A stretch of DNA of 64,000 nucleotides, from contig NC_073404.1 of NCBI RefSeq assembly GCF_028641065.1, positions 11,904,001-11,968,000 of the forward strand. The letters run 5' to 3'. How positions within the stretch are numbered: the stretch's first letter is position 1; each line of letters starts with the position of its first letter. Position numbers and translations under genes: made by a program. Below are positions 46,847 to 58,898 of the stretch, piece by piece. The stretch is from Leucoraja erinacea (lineage: Eukaryota). Below the pieces are notes generated by a model that saw nothing but the letters and a program-made list of their open reading frames with translations, was not told the origin of the DNA and searched no databases.

Positions 46847-47756
46847 CTTGCAGGTTGTGAATCCTGCAGTGACTTTCAAATTTAATGTACACAATCTCAC
46901 ATCGTGACCAGTATTCAGTCGAGCAGAACATCCAAAAATGTCCTCCACACATCAACCACCTATTCTCTCCTATCCTGAGACACTCATGAGGAGACCATCC
47001 AGGATTGGCCGTGTCTCCTGGTATCACCATTCCATGATCAGGTTTAACCAGTGACACAGGGGAGTCAAAAAAAAACAAAACAACCTGGTCTGTTAGAACT
47101 ACCAACTCTCTTGGTACTTGCCACCCTTTGCTTGTTCTCTGTCCATGTTGTAGGTTGGTCAGGGAGATCTTGGAATGTCCAAGCTTAAGTCCAACAACAA
47201 AGGCACTTCAAGAGTTCATTGTCCTCTGAAGTTCAGTGGAAACGAGTCTAGGTATTCAGTGTGAAAGTAAGAATCCAAGTACAGGAATGATTAGCTGAGT
47301 GGCCTTCTGCTGGGTTGATGGTTCCTTTCCAAACATCAACGCCACCAGGTTGTTAGGATTGACAGTGGCGCTGAAATAAAAAGGTAAGGAAGCCGCAGAA
47401 AGTTTCAACCCGCCAACATTTCACAAGGCTGGTGTGGTTTTCCGATGAATAACTCACCTCCACACAACCTGCAACATGGACTGGAATCTCATGTACTCTG
47501 AAAGCAAAGTGTGAACATCAGCAAATTAAAAGCAATGATTGAAAGTTTGGATCACTTTAAAAACAAAACTGCTTGATATTCTGAACCAGATTAAATTAAG
47601 GCACCAGAGGTTTAAAACTAAACCCAAAAAAAATCTAAAAAAAGAAAATCGCATAAATTTTCGTAGAAAAGGAGATCCTTATACAAGTATTCTGAGGTGC
47701 AGAGCTGTGGAGTAGTACTTTCTGTGGGGAAACATCCTAGGTTGGTTGACTGATGA

Positions 47757-47789
47757 TCAAGCTTTGGTTAAACTCTGCATCAAAGGAGT
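47757..47789 (-). CDS. FLOT2: flotillin-2 last coding exon
   Basis: Strong acceptor tctttctttcctag|ACT; TPLMQSLTKA* aligns with the human IPLIKKATGVQV*. Confidence 0.75.
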   Translation of the reverse strand, partial: TPLMQSLTKA

Positions 47790-48569
47790 CTAGGAAAGAA
47801 AGACAATGTAATGTTAAGAGATGAGTCCAACTTTGCCAGAACCAGATGCCTCTACCTGTGCACCATTCCCTGCAGTATTCAGATACTCACCTGAACACAC
47901 AGCAGACATTTAACAGAGAGCCTCTACATGGATAAGTTGGCTTGAATAACAAAATGTGAAATAAAAATGGAAACACTAAAGGTGGGCAGGCGGCATCGTC
48001 AAGCTGAAATATACCTAATAGATCTCTCTCCACCAATGCTGCCAGAACGGCTGAGTATTTCCAATTTCTTCCATTTGTTTTAAACAGTTGATCATTCAGA
48101 CACTCGAGGTTAAGCTGCAGCTGTCTAGATCAACTGTTGGCCTGGTGGCCGCGGTCTCCGGTAAGAGGGCGGCCGTTCCTGGCACCCCAAGCCGCTGAGG
48201 GTTCTACTGACGCCGGAGTACCATCACCTGGCGAGAACGGCCGGGAACATCGGGCCCCGTAACGGCGACTGTGGAGGCCTCAATAGGCCTGACTCTGGGT
48301 GGACAAGAGGATGGGGACTGGACTTTGTGCCTTCCCCCACAGTGGGAACCTCTATGGGGGGATGTTTTATGTTTTAATGTTAAACTTCTTGAATGCTATG
48401 TTGTATTTTTATTAGTGTGCTGCACGGACATCTGAATTTCCCCTGAATAAGGGGATTAATAAAGTAATAATCTAATCTAATCTAACTTTATTATGGGCAA
48501 TTCCTTGTAAATTGGAATTTTTTATTGTTTTAAAAGGTACAGCATGAAAACAGGCCCTTAAGCCCATTA

Positions 48570-49720
48570 AGCATGATAGGTCGGTGGGGGGGTGCTACGA
48601 GTCGGCTGCCGTGCCAGCAGCGTGTTCGATATTTCAACTTTTTTTGTTTATTTTGGTGTGTTAAGGGACAGAAGGGAATTAAGGGACAGAAGTTTAGGGG
48701 TAATATGAGGGGGAACTTCTTTACGCAGAGAGTGGTAGCGGTGTGGAATGAGCTCCCAGTGGAAGTGGTGGAGGCAGGTTCATTGGTATAATTTAAAAAT
48801 AAATTGGATAGGCATATGGATGAGAAGGGAATGGAGGGTTATGGTATGAGTGCAGGCAGGTGGGACTAAGGGGGAAAAAATTTGTTCGGCACGGACTTGT
48901 AGGGCCGAGATGGCCGGTTTCCGTGCTGTAATTGTTATATGGTTATATGGTGTTCAAATGTTAGTTAGGTGACTCTCGGTCTGTCTTGTGCAGGGGGTGG
49001 TGGGGGGGGGGGGGGGGGGGGGGGGAAGGGGGGGGAAACCACTTTTGGTCGCCTCCTCGACGGAGAGGCAACGTTTACCATGTCACCTCCCACACGGGCC
49101 TCACAGCTTGGATTGGAGCGGCCTTTGCCGGAGTCGGGCCCCGAGCTTCAGCAGCGGGCGCAGTGTGGACTTTCCCATCGCGGAGAGGGGGGGGGGAACC
49201 CTTGCCGGGGGTCGCCAGAGAGGAGTGCTCCGATCGCTGGCCTGGTGACTTTGGCATCATGGGGGCTGTGGTCTGCGGAGCTTCTAGCCGCGGGCGTGGC
49301 ATGGATTTACCATCCGGAGTCTGGGATCCCTAGCCGGGGATCGCCGGGGAAGAGCTCCGACCGCCGGCCTATAACATCCAGAAGCCGTGGTCTCCAGTAA
49401 GAAAGTGCCGATTCGGGCGCTCAAAGCCGCGGGGTGCGTTCGACTGTCCCGACGTCGGAGTTTAGATCATCCCGACGACAGGGCCTGTACATACGGCCGT
49501 CTGTAGCGGCAACTATGGAGGGTTTATAGTCCTGACCACGGATGAACAAAGGAGGACTGACTGAACTTTGTTGCCTTTCACCACAGTGAGGAATGCTGTG
49601 GTTGATGTTTGTGTTGAATTCGATTGTGTATTGTGTGTTCTTTTTTTAAGTGTATCCCTGCATGGCAAATTCATTTCACTGCACCTTTGTTGGTGCATGT
49701 GACGAATAGATTTGACTTTG
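48570..49720 (+). mobile_element. GC-rich non-autonomous retroelement with (GACTTT)n tail, interrupted by a CR1 fragment at 48663-48950
   Basis: CpG-rich body ending GTGACGAATAGATTTGACTTTGACTTTGA; no credible ORF. Confidence 0.5.
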
Positions 49721-49990
49721 ACTTTGACCATCAATTACCCATTCACACTAGTTCTATGCTATCCCACTTTCACATACACTACCTACACACGAGGGGCAAT
49801 TTACAGAGGCCTACAAACCTACACACCGCACGTCTTTGGGACGTGGGAGGAAGCCGGAGCACCCGGAGGAAACCCACGCGATGACAGGGAAAACGTACGA
49901 ACTCCACACAGAACCCAAGAGTCAGGATCAAACCCTGGTCTCCGGCACGGTGAGGCAGCAGCTCCACCCACCGCACCACTGTGCCACCAT
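49720..49990 (-). mobile_element. tRNA-headed SINE
   Basis: Minus strand begins GGTGGCACAGTGGTGCGGTGGG...GGGTTTGATCC. Confidence 0.75.
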
Positions 49991-50896
49991 TTTTCTGATG
50001 AAGTACCCCAGGTGTCAATGAGGGAATGCAATTAATGTAGTGCATTTGGATTTTAAAAGGGCAATTGATAACGTCCTACAAAGCATTCTTGCAACACGAT
50101 TGAAAGCCAAGGAATAAAATAAATGGGCAGATTACAGCTTTGTAGAAGTAACAGCGGTGATCGGTTAGCGTCCGCAGTGGAAGGAACGCCAGCGGAAATT
50201 TCCTGGGATCAGTTTGCGGATCACTGGGTTTCTTTGCAATCAATGACATGGGCAATGATGAAATAGAGTGGATAGTAAAAGACTTCCAAGAGGTGCAGCA
50301 GACTTGGGGTGGGTAGGCAGAATGCAGAAGAAATTTAATGCTGAGTAATGTTAAATGTCACATTTTGATTAAAAGAATGAGAAGAGGGAATGTCAATTAA
50401 GAGCTCAATTCCAGAAGTTGTGTGCGGACCGAGTGAACTAGAGGCATACATATGTTGTTGATTTAAAGTGGTCAGGCAGGTCCAGACATAAAAATACATG
50501 GGGAATGAAGACCGTTGATGGTTACAACTAGAGATGTCCAGTTCTGGTGCAACATTTTTGGAAAAATACTTGGGTCTTTGGAGAAAGAAGAATTTTATTA
50601 AATTGATTCCTGGATTGAGGTCTTCAGTCACATAGACAGGGGTTGCTCTCCTTAGGGCGAGGTTGTAGTAATGCACTGTCTGGGGCAGGAGTGGAGGCAG
50701 ATTCAACTGCAGCATTCTGGAGGGCAGTGTGAAAGTAGCAGAAAGCAAAGTATTTTCATGCAGCCAGCAGACTTGAGGGGTCAAGTGACCATCTCCATTG
50801 TGATTCCGTCAAACGCTCGCATGAAATAGTCTAACATGTTAAACAGGTACATCTACAGGATACTAGAACATTTCAGGAAAGACGCGCGACACTGAC

Positions 50897-51046
50897 CTTC
50901 GAGAGATCAATCCCTGTGAGAGCTTGGACAGAGGCAGGGACCTCAGCCAGTAAGCGCGTGACCTCTGATGTAATGCGGTGACTGTCTCCACCAAGGATCA
51001 CGATTTCATCCGTCTTAGCAAGTGGAGCTGCTACCTGTGCGGCGAT
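50897..51046 (-). CDS. FLOT2: flotillin-2 exon
   Basis: cag|ATC...AAG|gtcagt, 150 nt. Encodes IAAQVAAPLAKTDEIVILGG...PASVQALTGIDLSK. Confidence 0.96.
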
Positions 51047-51464
51047 CTGTGGATAGAGGTTTACCGTGAGTAAAATGTAGCAAAAATACATGGCACAAAT
51101 GTCTCACCATCCTCACTGCCTGATCAGTACACTGAACAACTGTCTTGACAGGATTTTTAGTTCAGAGGTACAGTGACTGAAGAATTTAGGAGATTCTCTG
51201 ACAGAGTGATTGCAGTTCTTCTTGCTAATTCCACCACTCCGGTCTTTTCACATTTGCCCTTTTCAAACGCAGATCCAGTTCCTTACTGAATCAACATTTC
51301 CACGTCTACTGGAGCAGCAGGGCACAATAGAACCATGCTTCCTCCGTGCTTCCTTCAGCTGCTCCACGGACAACTCTGAAACCTTACCCTGACAGGCTTT
51401 CTGACAGTCCACCTACAGATGTCAAGGTGCAATTCTTGCAGCATTGTTAAAACAGCCAGGTTAC

Positions 51465-51648
51465 CTTGGGAAGAGCATCCAGCACCATCGCCATCTTGGC
51501 TGCTTCTCCATACTGCCGATATCCTGCTGCCTTCAAACGCATCCTCTCAGCATCGGCTTTTCCAATGGCTACAATAGAGGAAGCCTCAGCCTCACCGATC
51601 TTGCGGATCTTTTCAGCTTGAGCCTGGGCAATCAGCACTTGCTTCACC
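51465..51648 (-). CDS. FLOT2: flotillin-2 exon
   Basis: cag|G GTG...AAG|gtaac, 184 nt. Encodes VKQVLIAQAQAEKIRKIGEAEA...AAKMAMVLDALPK. Confidence 0.96.
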
Positions 51649-52934
51649 CTGCAGAGATGCATAAGAATTAGCCTACTGTCCAACACTATAGCATGTCTTG
51701 GAATCACACCGTGCTTGCAGTGCAGCCACTGATGGAATGTGGGAGACATGGGCAGCATTTCACACATAGCAAGATCTCACAAAACATGGGGGTAAACGGT
51801 GAGCAGGACACTGCGGAAGCGCTCCTGCTACTGTGCATTAATGGTGAGGGTGCGGATATCGAGTGATTGGGCAAAACCTTGGCAAATGGAGTTCAATGTG
51901 AGGAATGTGGTTTCCCGCTGCTATCAGACTAATGAACGGGCTTCTCATTAAATATGGGCATAGACTTATTCTCTTAATCTACCTCATTGCGACCATTGCA
52001 CATTTTTAAATCTCTCTCTATAACTGAACACTATTTTTTGCACTCTGGTTATTTTTCTCTTTGCACTACCTGTGATATTTGTGTATGGCTTGATTGTACT
52101 CGTGTCCTAGTGTGATTTGACTGGACAGCTCACAAAACAAGGCTTCTCACTGCATCTTGACACACGTGACAATACTAAACCAATACCGAGAAGAATCAAA
52201 AGGTTGTGGAATTCTGCTGGAGTAACTCAGCAGGTCAGGCAACATCTGGGGAGGCAAATGGGCAGATGTGTTGGGTTGGGAAACTTCTTCAGACTAAAAT
52301 CCAAAGGAAAACTTTTATCAAAGTGGAGAGCCTGCAAATGGTTGAAGTTCATCAGAGGAGTCTATGTATCATAGTGCATGAATTACAAAACTTTGCAGGA
52401 GATTAGAAATAGAGAGATTTTGTTACAGTTGGTGCAGAATTTTGATGAGGCCACAGCAGGAAATCTACAAACTCTTTTGGTCTCCTTACCAAACTAGAAA
52501 TATTGGAGGCAGCCAAAGGATATTCACTGAGCTGATTTTTGGAATGAGACAACTGCCATATAGGCAAAGTCTAACCAGATTGGGTCTTTTTTCTTTGGAG
52601 AAGAATGGGAAGCGATCTTCTTGAGATATACAAAATGCTGAAGGGACATGACTGGGGAAATGTTGCGATGTTCTCATTCATGGATGAGTCTCGAATGAGA
52701 CACAGTTGCAAGATAAAGGACTGCTCATGTAAAACAGTTTTGTTTGCAGAAGGTCTGGGTTGCGGAGGCAAGATTATCATAAGGTTTAAAATTGCAAGTA
52801 CACTCATTTTTGAAACATTAGGGAATTGTGATTTATAGGGAATTGGTGCAGAAGTGGCCAGTGCATACCAGCCATGGTCATATTAAACAGTTGGCCAGGC
52901 TTGACGGGCCGAGTGGCCCACTCTTTCTCCTGTA

Positions 52935-53895
52935 AACACAAAATGCTGGAGTAACTCAGCGGGTGAGGCAGCATCTCTGGAGAGAAGGAATGGGCGATGT
53001 TTCGGGTCGAGACCCTTCTTCAGACTGATGTCAAGATAGAATATAGGCGGAGACAGTAAGACAAGTGGGAGAACTGGGAAGGGAATGGAGAGAGAAAGCA
53101 AGGGCTATCTGAAGTTGGAGAAGTCAATGGATTAAATTCCTCTAATTTGCGCTGGGCCTCACTCTGACAATGGAGGAGGCCCAGGACAGAAAGGTCAGAT
53201 TGGGAATGGGAGGGGGAGTTGAAGTGCTGAGCCACCGGGAGATCAGGTAGGTTAAGTTGGACTGAGTGGAGGTGTTCAGCAAAACGATCGCCGAGCCTGC
53301 GCTTGGTCTATGTAGAGAAATTGCCACCTGGAACAGCGGATACAGTAGATGAGGTTGGAGGAGGTGCAAGTAAACCTCTGCCACACCTGGAAAGACTGCT
53401 CGGGTCCTTGGATGGAGTCGAGGGGGGAGGTAAAGGACAGGGGTTGCATCTCCTGCGGTTGCAGGGGAATGTACCCTGGAGATGGTGGTTTGGGCGGGAA
53501 GGGATGAGTTGACCAGGTAGTTTTGGAGGGAACGGTCTCAGCGGAAAACAGAAAGGGGTGGAGATGGGAAGATGTTGCCAGTAATGGGATCCCGTTGGAG
53601 GTGGCGAAAATGTTGGAAGATTATATGCGGTATGTGATTGCTAATGGGGTGGAAGATGAGGTCAAGGGGGACTCTGTCGTTACGAATGGAGGGAGGAGGA
53701 GTAAGAGCGGAGCTGCGGGATATCGAGGAGACCCTAGTGAGAGCCTCATCTATAATGGAAGAGGGGAATTCTTAAAGAATGAGGACATCTCCGATGCCCT
53801 GGTGTGGAACATCTCATCCTGGGCGCAGATGCGGCATAGACGAAGGAATTGGGAGTAGTAAATAGAGTTTTTACAGGAAGCAGGGTGGGAAGATT
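52935..53895 (-). mobile_element. Penelope-like element 3' part (RT thumb, GIY-YIG, 3' repeat)
   Basis: SHPASCKNSIYYSQFLRL.RIC and VAQHFNSPSHSQSDLSVLGLLHCQSE motifs, followed by the hammerhead-like 3' repeat. Confidence 0.88.
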
Positions 53896-54046
53896 CTCTA
53901 TCTCCTACTCCCAATTCCTCTGCCCAGGATTGTAGAACATGCATTCTGTTCAACAGACCACCCCTGTGATGAGGTGCATCACAACAGAGCTTCATTAACA
54001 GAGTGACAGCAGTCAGGGGGAATGGCGGAGGAAGTCAAACACGCAC

Positions 54047-54261
54047 TTCTGGCCTTCTGCAAGCTGCTGCATCTTGAAGGCCTCTGCTTCTGCCGGCCTC
54101 TTCACCGTCCCGATCAGCTCCTTGTCCATGCGAACAACCTCTTTCTCCTCAATGTCAATCTGCTTCTTGCGCTGCACCACTTCGATCTCAATCTCTTCCA
54201 GTCTGATCTTCTGCTGCTCTTTGGCCGCCTGGAGTTCATAAGCCAGCTGAGCCTCGGCTTT
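54047..54261 (-). CDS. FLOT2: flotillin-2 exon
   Basis: tag|AAA...AA|gtgcgt, 215 nt. Encodes KAEAQLAYELQAAKEQQKIRLEEIEIEVVQRKKQI...AEGQK. Confidence 0.96.
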
Positions 54262-57159
54262 CTAAATGGGGTTGAAAAAAGAATATTTCAGTGTTCTACT
54301 CAGAGTGATTCCACTTTGGTCCTCACAGATACTGCACAAGGTTCAGATTTCTCCCTCACACATTTTAATTAGATTAAATATTTCTCTTCCTCCCTTCTTT
54401 TATGTCACACCACATTTTTCCTCCACTGAGTTGCAATCTAATACTAATTCTCAACACCAACATTTATTTCAATGAGTAAAACAGAGATGCTTGATAGAAA
54501 ATCTCCAAGAAGACAGTATTTTTAAATGGTATTTGTAGGACCCATTTGTAGGCTTGCCCTGTTTTCCTGTTAGAGCTCTTACATTAATTGATTGTATTGA
54601 AAGATACAGCATTGAAACAAGCCCTTTGGCCCACGGAGTCCATGCCGACCCTTTCACACTAGTTCTATGTTATCCCACTTTCCCTATGCACTTGGGGGAA
54701 TGTGCACAGGCCAAATACCCTATCAACCTGCACATCTTTGGGATGTGGGAGGAATTCAGAACACCCAGAGGAAGAACATGCCAATTCCCCGTGGACAGCA
54801 CCCGAGTTTAAAATTGAACCCAGGTTACTGGCATTGTGAGACACCAGCTTTAAAAGCTGCTCCACTACTCCAACTTCTTTTATATTGTGCCATGTTATTC
54901 CTCCACTGGGATACAATCTAATTTATTGCAAGGAATAAAACAGAGAAATCTGGTGCAAAATACATCTCCTGCAAGGAGACTGGCTGAGATAATCCCAATG
55001 TTTAAGAAACAGTTAGACAGGTACATGGATAGGACAGATTTTGAGGGATATGGACCAAGCGCAGGCTGATGGGACTAGCTGGGGCATATTGGTTGGTGTG
55101 GGCACGTTGGGCCGAAGGGCCTGTTTCCACACTATATCACTCTATAACTCTATGACTATGAGACAGCAACGTCCAATCTATTTGCAGTCCTGGCTTGCTT
55201 TCCTATGTTAGAACTGTTACATTAATATGTTGTTGTTGTCGACAATCTGCAGCATCCTGACTGGGACACATTTGTCATTCCCATGTCGCTGGGGGGAAGT
55301 CCCCAGAGTCGCCACTTAATCACTGCATAGATTCCAGAATACATCCTTCAACATAACAGATTTCACCCTCACCACTGATCCTGTAGCCCAAGAATGAAAG
55401 AGGAGGGAAAATGGAACTAAAATAAAGAATGTAAAAATCCAGGGTTGATTTACTGATAGGTGGTAGGTCTGCAGGGCATAAAGTGTAGCCTGTGGGTTGC
55501 AGGCTGGATTACAGGATCACTTCGCTGCTCAAATAGCCTGCAAGCCATACACTCGAGGGGTTCGGAGATATGAGTAGGTGGTAGCTGCTCTGCACAGGAG
55601 GGGAAGGACACAAGGCTTAAGGGTCGGGGAAGGGGGTGGAAACAAGGACTGTAACAGCAGATCATGGCAGTCAGTATCTGCAAAAGTGAGAGACTGGCTG
55701 ATTGTTCAGGGAACATTAAAGAATCTGGCTCGTCCCAGGCCGACACACTTGCCCAGTCTTCACAGTGTTCTGTGGTGGTCATGACCTCTGGGAACTGAAC
55801 TTCTTCAGAGTGAATCCATCAGCCTCTTCCCATAAACCAATCCTACGTGACTCCCCGCAACCTACCCCCACGTTTTAATTAGGTTCAATATTTCTCTTCC
55901 TCCCTTCTTTCATGTTGCAACACATTTTTCCTCCACTGAGTTGCAATCTAATACTAATTCTCAACAGCAACGTTTATTTCAATGAGTAAAACAGAGATGC
56001 TGCTGTTTCATGTCTTTCTCTGCCAAGAGCTTCAAACAGTGCACGTCACACAATCCGATTCCAAGGAATGCTCTTCAAGCCCAGAAAAGGCTCCAAACTC
56101 TCCGAAGATCGGATAGAGTAAAACAATTAAAAATTGAGACACAAGAAACAGCAGGTGGTGGAACTATGAGCAAAGGCAAGCTGCTAAAAGAATTCAGCAC
56201 GTCAGGCAGCATCTGGGGAAGGAATGGACAGCGTTTCGGGTCAGGTCACTGCTTTATATAATTGAAGCATAACCTCCCTGCTTTGCATTAATTTCCCGTA
56301 CAAATAAATAACACTGTGTAGGAAGGAACTGCAGATGCTGGTTTAAACCGAAGATAAGACACGATCTGCAGGAGTAACTCAGCGGGACAGGCAGCAACTC
56401 TGGAGAGAAGGAATGGGTACCGTTTCGGTCTGAGACCCTTCTTCGGACATAAATAAATTTCATTCTGTAGAAAAAAATATCAGTCAGCTTTCCTAGTTAC
56501 TTCCTGTAACTGTGAACAAGCCTTTTGTGAATCACGCATTAGGAGATCCAGATCTCTATCTCTGAGCTCTGCAATCTCTCAGTGTTTAGATAATGTTCTT
56601 TAAAATATTCATGTCAAAATGAATACTACAATTTCCCCCCAAAAATACTTCATTTGCCAGATCTCTATCCCTCACTGTTTGTGAATAAGCTCACTCATAT
56701 ATCGGAAGCTTGTGTAGTCTCTTTACAACTTATCTTCCGACCGCTCATAATGTTTTCAGCAAATGGAGTGGCCCCAAATTATTTATACAGTGCCAACAGT
56801 CAAGACCCCAGCACGGAACCCCTCATTACATGTTGCCATTCTGTTAGCCTTCCAATCACTAACCCAGGCCAATTAGTTACATCAACACGGTCAGGTTTTA
56901 TTTACCGCAATAAAATGCCTTTGGGAAATGCAAGGAGAAGCTTGTTAAATACACAAGGGCGAAAGTGATGGGAGTGAAATACGGAGATTTCTGTGGAGCA
57001 TAAATACTGACACAGAACAAAGGAACTGCAGATGCTAGTCTCTTTTTTTTTTTTTTTTTTCTAAAAGACACAAAGTGCTGGAGTAACTCAATGAGTCATG
57101 TTGAGTTACTCCAGCACTGTCTTTTAAAAAAAAATACAAGTACTGATGAAGCAGCAATA

Positions 57160-57465
57160 AAGGGCAGCACAGTGACACAGCTGGTAGAGCTACGACACCA
57201 GAGACCTGGGATCAATCTTGACCTTGGGTGCTATCTGTGTGGAGTTTGCACGCTCCCGGTGACCGCTTGGGTTTACTCCACATGCTCTGGTTTCTCCCTA
57301 CATCACAAAGATGTGCATGTCTATAGGTTAATAAAACTTTGTAAATTGCCCCGTGTGTAGGGAATGGAGGCGAAAGTGGGATAACAGAACCAGTGATCAA
57401 AAATGGTTGGGGTGAACTTGATGGGCTGAAGGGCCTGTTTTCATTCTCTCTCTCTCTAAACTAAA
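57160..57465 (+). mobile_element. tRNA-headed SINE
   Basis: Begins GGGCAGCACAGTGACACAGCTGGTAGAGC; CR1-type tail. Confidence 0.8.
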
Positions 57466-57633
57466 AAAGATTGATCAAGTTGTCTGCTCCCACGTGACCG
57501 TGACAATCCCTGGCCCAATAATCAGTCCCATTAAAATTATATATATTGTACAGTCTATGGCCTCATCAAAATCCCACTGGAACTTTCAGATACAGTATTT
57601 ATACTCACTCCTTGTTGCACAAAACAAACATAC

Positions 57634-57753
57634 CTTTATATTTATCTCCTGATTAAAAGCTGCCTTCTGCATTTCAAATGCTCGTTTGGAGTCTGCCATC
57701 TTGGTGTCTGCACTGTACTTGACATCCATGGCTTCCTTCTTGCATTCAGCTTC
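57634..57753 (-). CDS. FLOT2: flotillin-2 exon
   Basis: cag|GAA...AAG|gtatgt, 120 nt. Encodes EAECKKEAMDVKYSADTKMADSKRAFEMQKAAFNQEINIK. Not present in the ORF track. Confidence 0.95.
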
Positions 57754-58459
57754 CTGTGGATTTTAAGGATAGTGTGAGCACAAGAATAATGAGGCTCGAC
57801 TGGAATTTCACTGTAGTTGAAGTGTCCCTCACTCTTTGTTGGGAAGTTTATCCATGTAGCATTGGCACTGGGCAGCACCAGGCAAGAAATCAGAGGTTTT
57901 ATATTTATTCTTCAGAAGCTTTGTTCGCAGAAAAGCTAGCAATGCGGTGGTGCGGGGAGAGGGGAGGGGAAATATCGTGTTTCAGTTACAGCACAATGGA
58001 CATAAATCATCTGTCACCATGTGGCCAGGCAGTTTAGTTGAAGGTTGGACCACTGCCGTAAGTGCTGGACCTTGAGGAAAGCTACAGGAGTATCCCTGAC
58101 CACATGCGGCAACGGATAAACCAGAGACTGGCTGCACCTGATCAGCGCCAGGTTGTTCAGGGCGCTGAGAGCAGCCACTGCCGAGCTCGCCACTAAAGAG
58201 GAATCTCTGGCATGAGGAAGTATGTACAAAGAGAAGGGGATGCCTCAACTTCCACCACACCCTGTGAGAGAGATGGTAGTGAGCAGGTGCTGTCTTTATC
58301 ATCAAGGGCCACACTCACTTCCCCATCCAGGGTGCAGTCCTGAGTCCGTGTCTGTGTGGAACGGCCGTGCTGCTCTCCTGACACCGCCTCTGTGGTCCGC
58401 TCCACACTAAGACATGCGCTCACGTTTCATCGCTACAGGCAACATGCATCCGGCACAGT

Positions 58460-58570
58460 TAGGTGTAACCCAGTGCAAGGGATACCCAGTGCAGGGGATA
58501 TGTGTTCAGTGTGTAACCCAGTGCAGGGGATGTGTTCAGGGTGTAACTCCGTGCAGGGGATATGTACTGG
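58460..58570. repeat. short tandem repeat GTGTAACCCAGTGCAGGGGAT, 3-4 copies
   Basis: Directly visible repeated units. Confidence 0.8.
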
Positions 58571-58784
58571 TGTTAAGACTCCAGCACCAAGAGTGGTGAA
58601 ACAAATCTTTGGTAGGGTGTTATCAGCAGGGTGCAAGTGTAATTACCAATTCTTTGCTTTTAACACAAAGTGACCACGGACTGTATGCCAGTAAGTTTTC
58701 ATGCTCAGCTACGCTCCCTCTACATGAAAAATCAGGCCCCTACTCTCCCAGAATCCCTGGACTTCAGTGATTAGTGAACGTTAC

Positions 58785-58898
58785 CCGGATCCCGGCATCC
58801 CTCTCGGCTTCCACCACTCCGATCTCCGCATCTCTCTGCACCACTGCTGTCTGGGCCTTCCCCAATGAACTGAGGTACTCCACTTTGTCGTAAACATC
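58785..58898 (-). CDS. FLOT2: flotillin-2 exon (most 5' exon in window)
   Basis: cag|GAT...CGG|gtaacg, 114 nt. Encodes [38 protein letters not shown]. Confidence 0.96.

Noticed and set aside
38300-47700. miR-144/miR-451 cluster expected downstream of FLOT2
   Set aside because: The mature sequences were not found by eye on either strand; a proper search is needed to confirm absence.
48969-49400. GC-rich ORFs suggesting an exon or CpG-island gene
   Set aside because: They lie inside a repeat with a microsatellite tail in the last FLOT2 intron; no protein similarity recognised.
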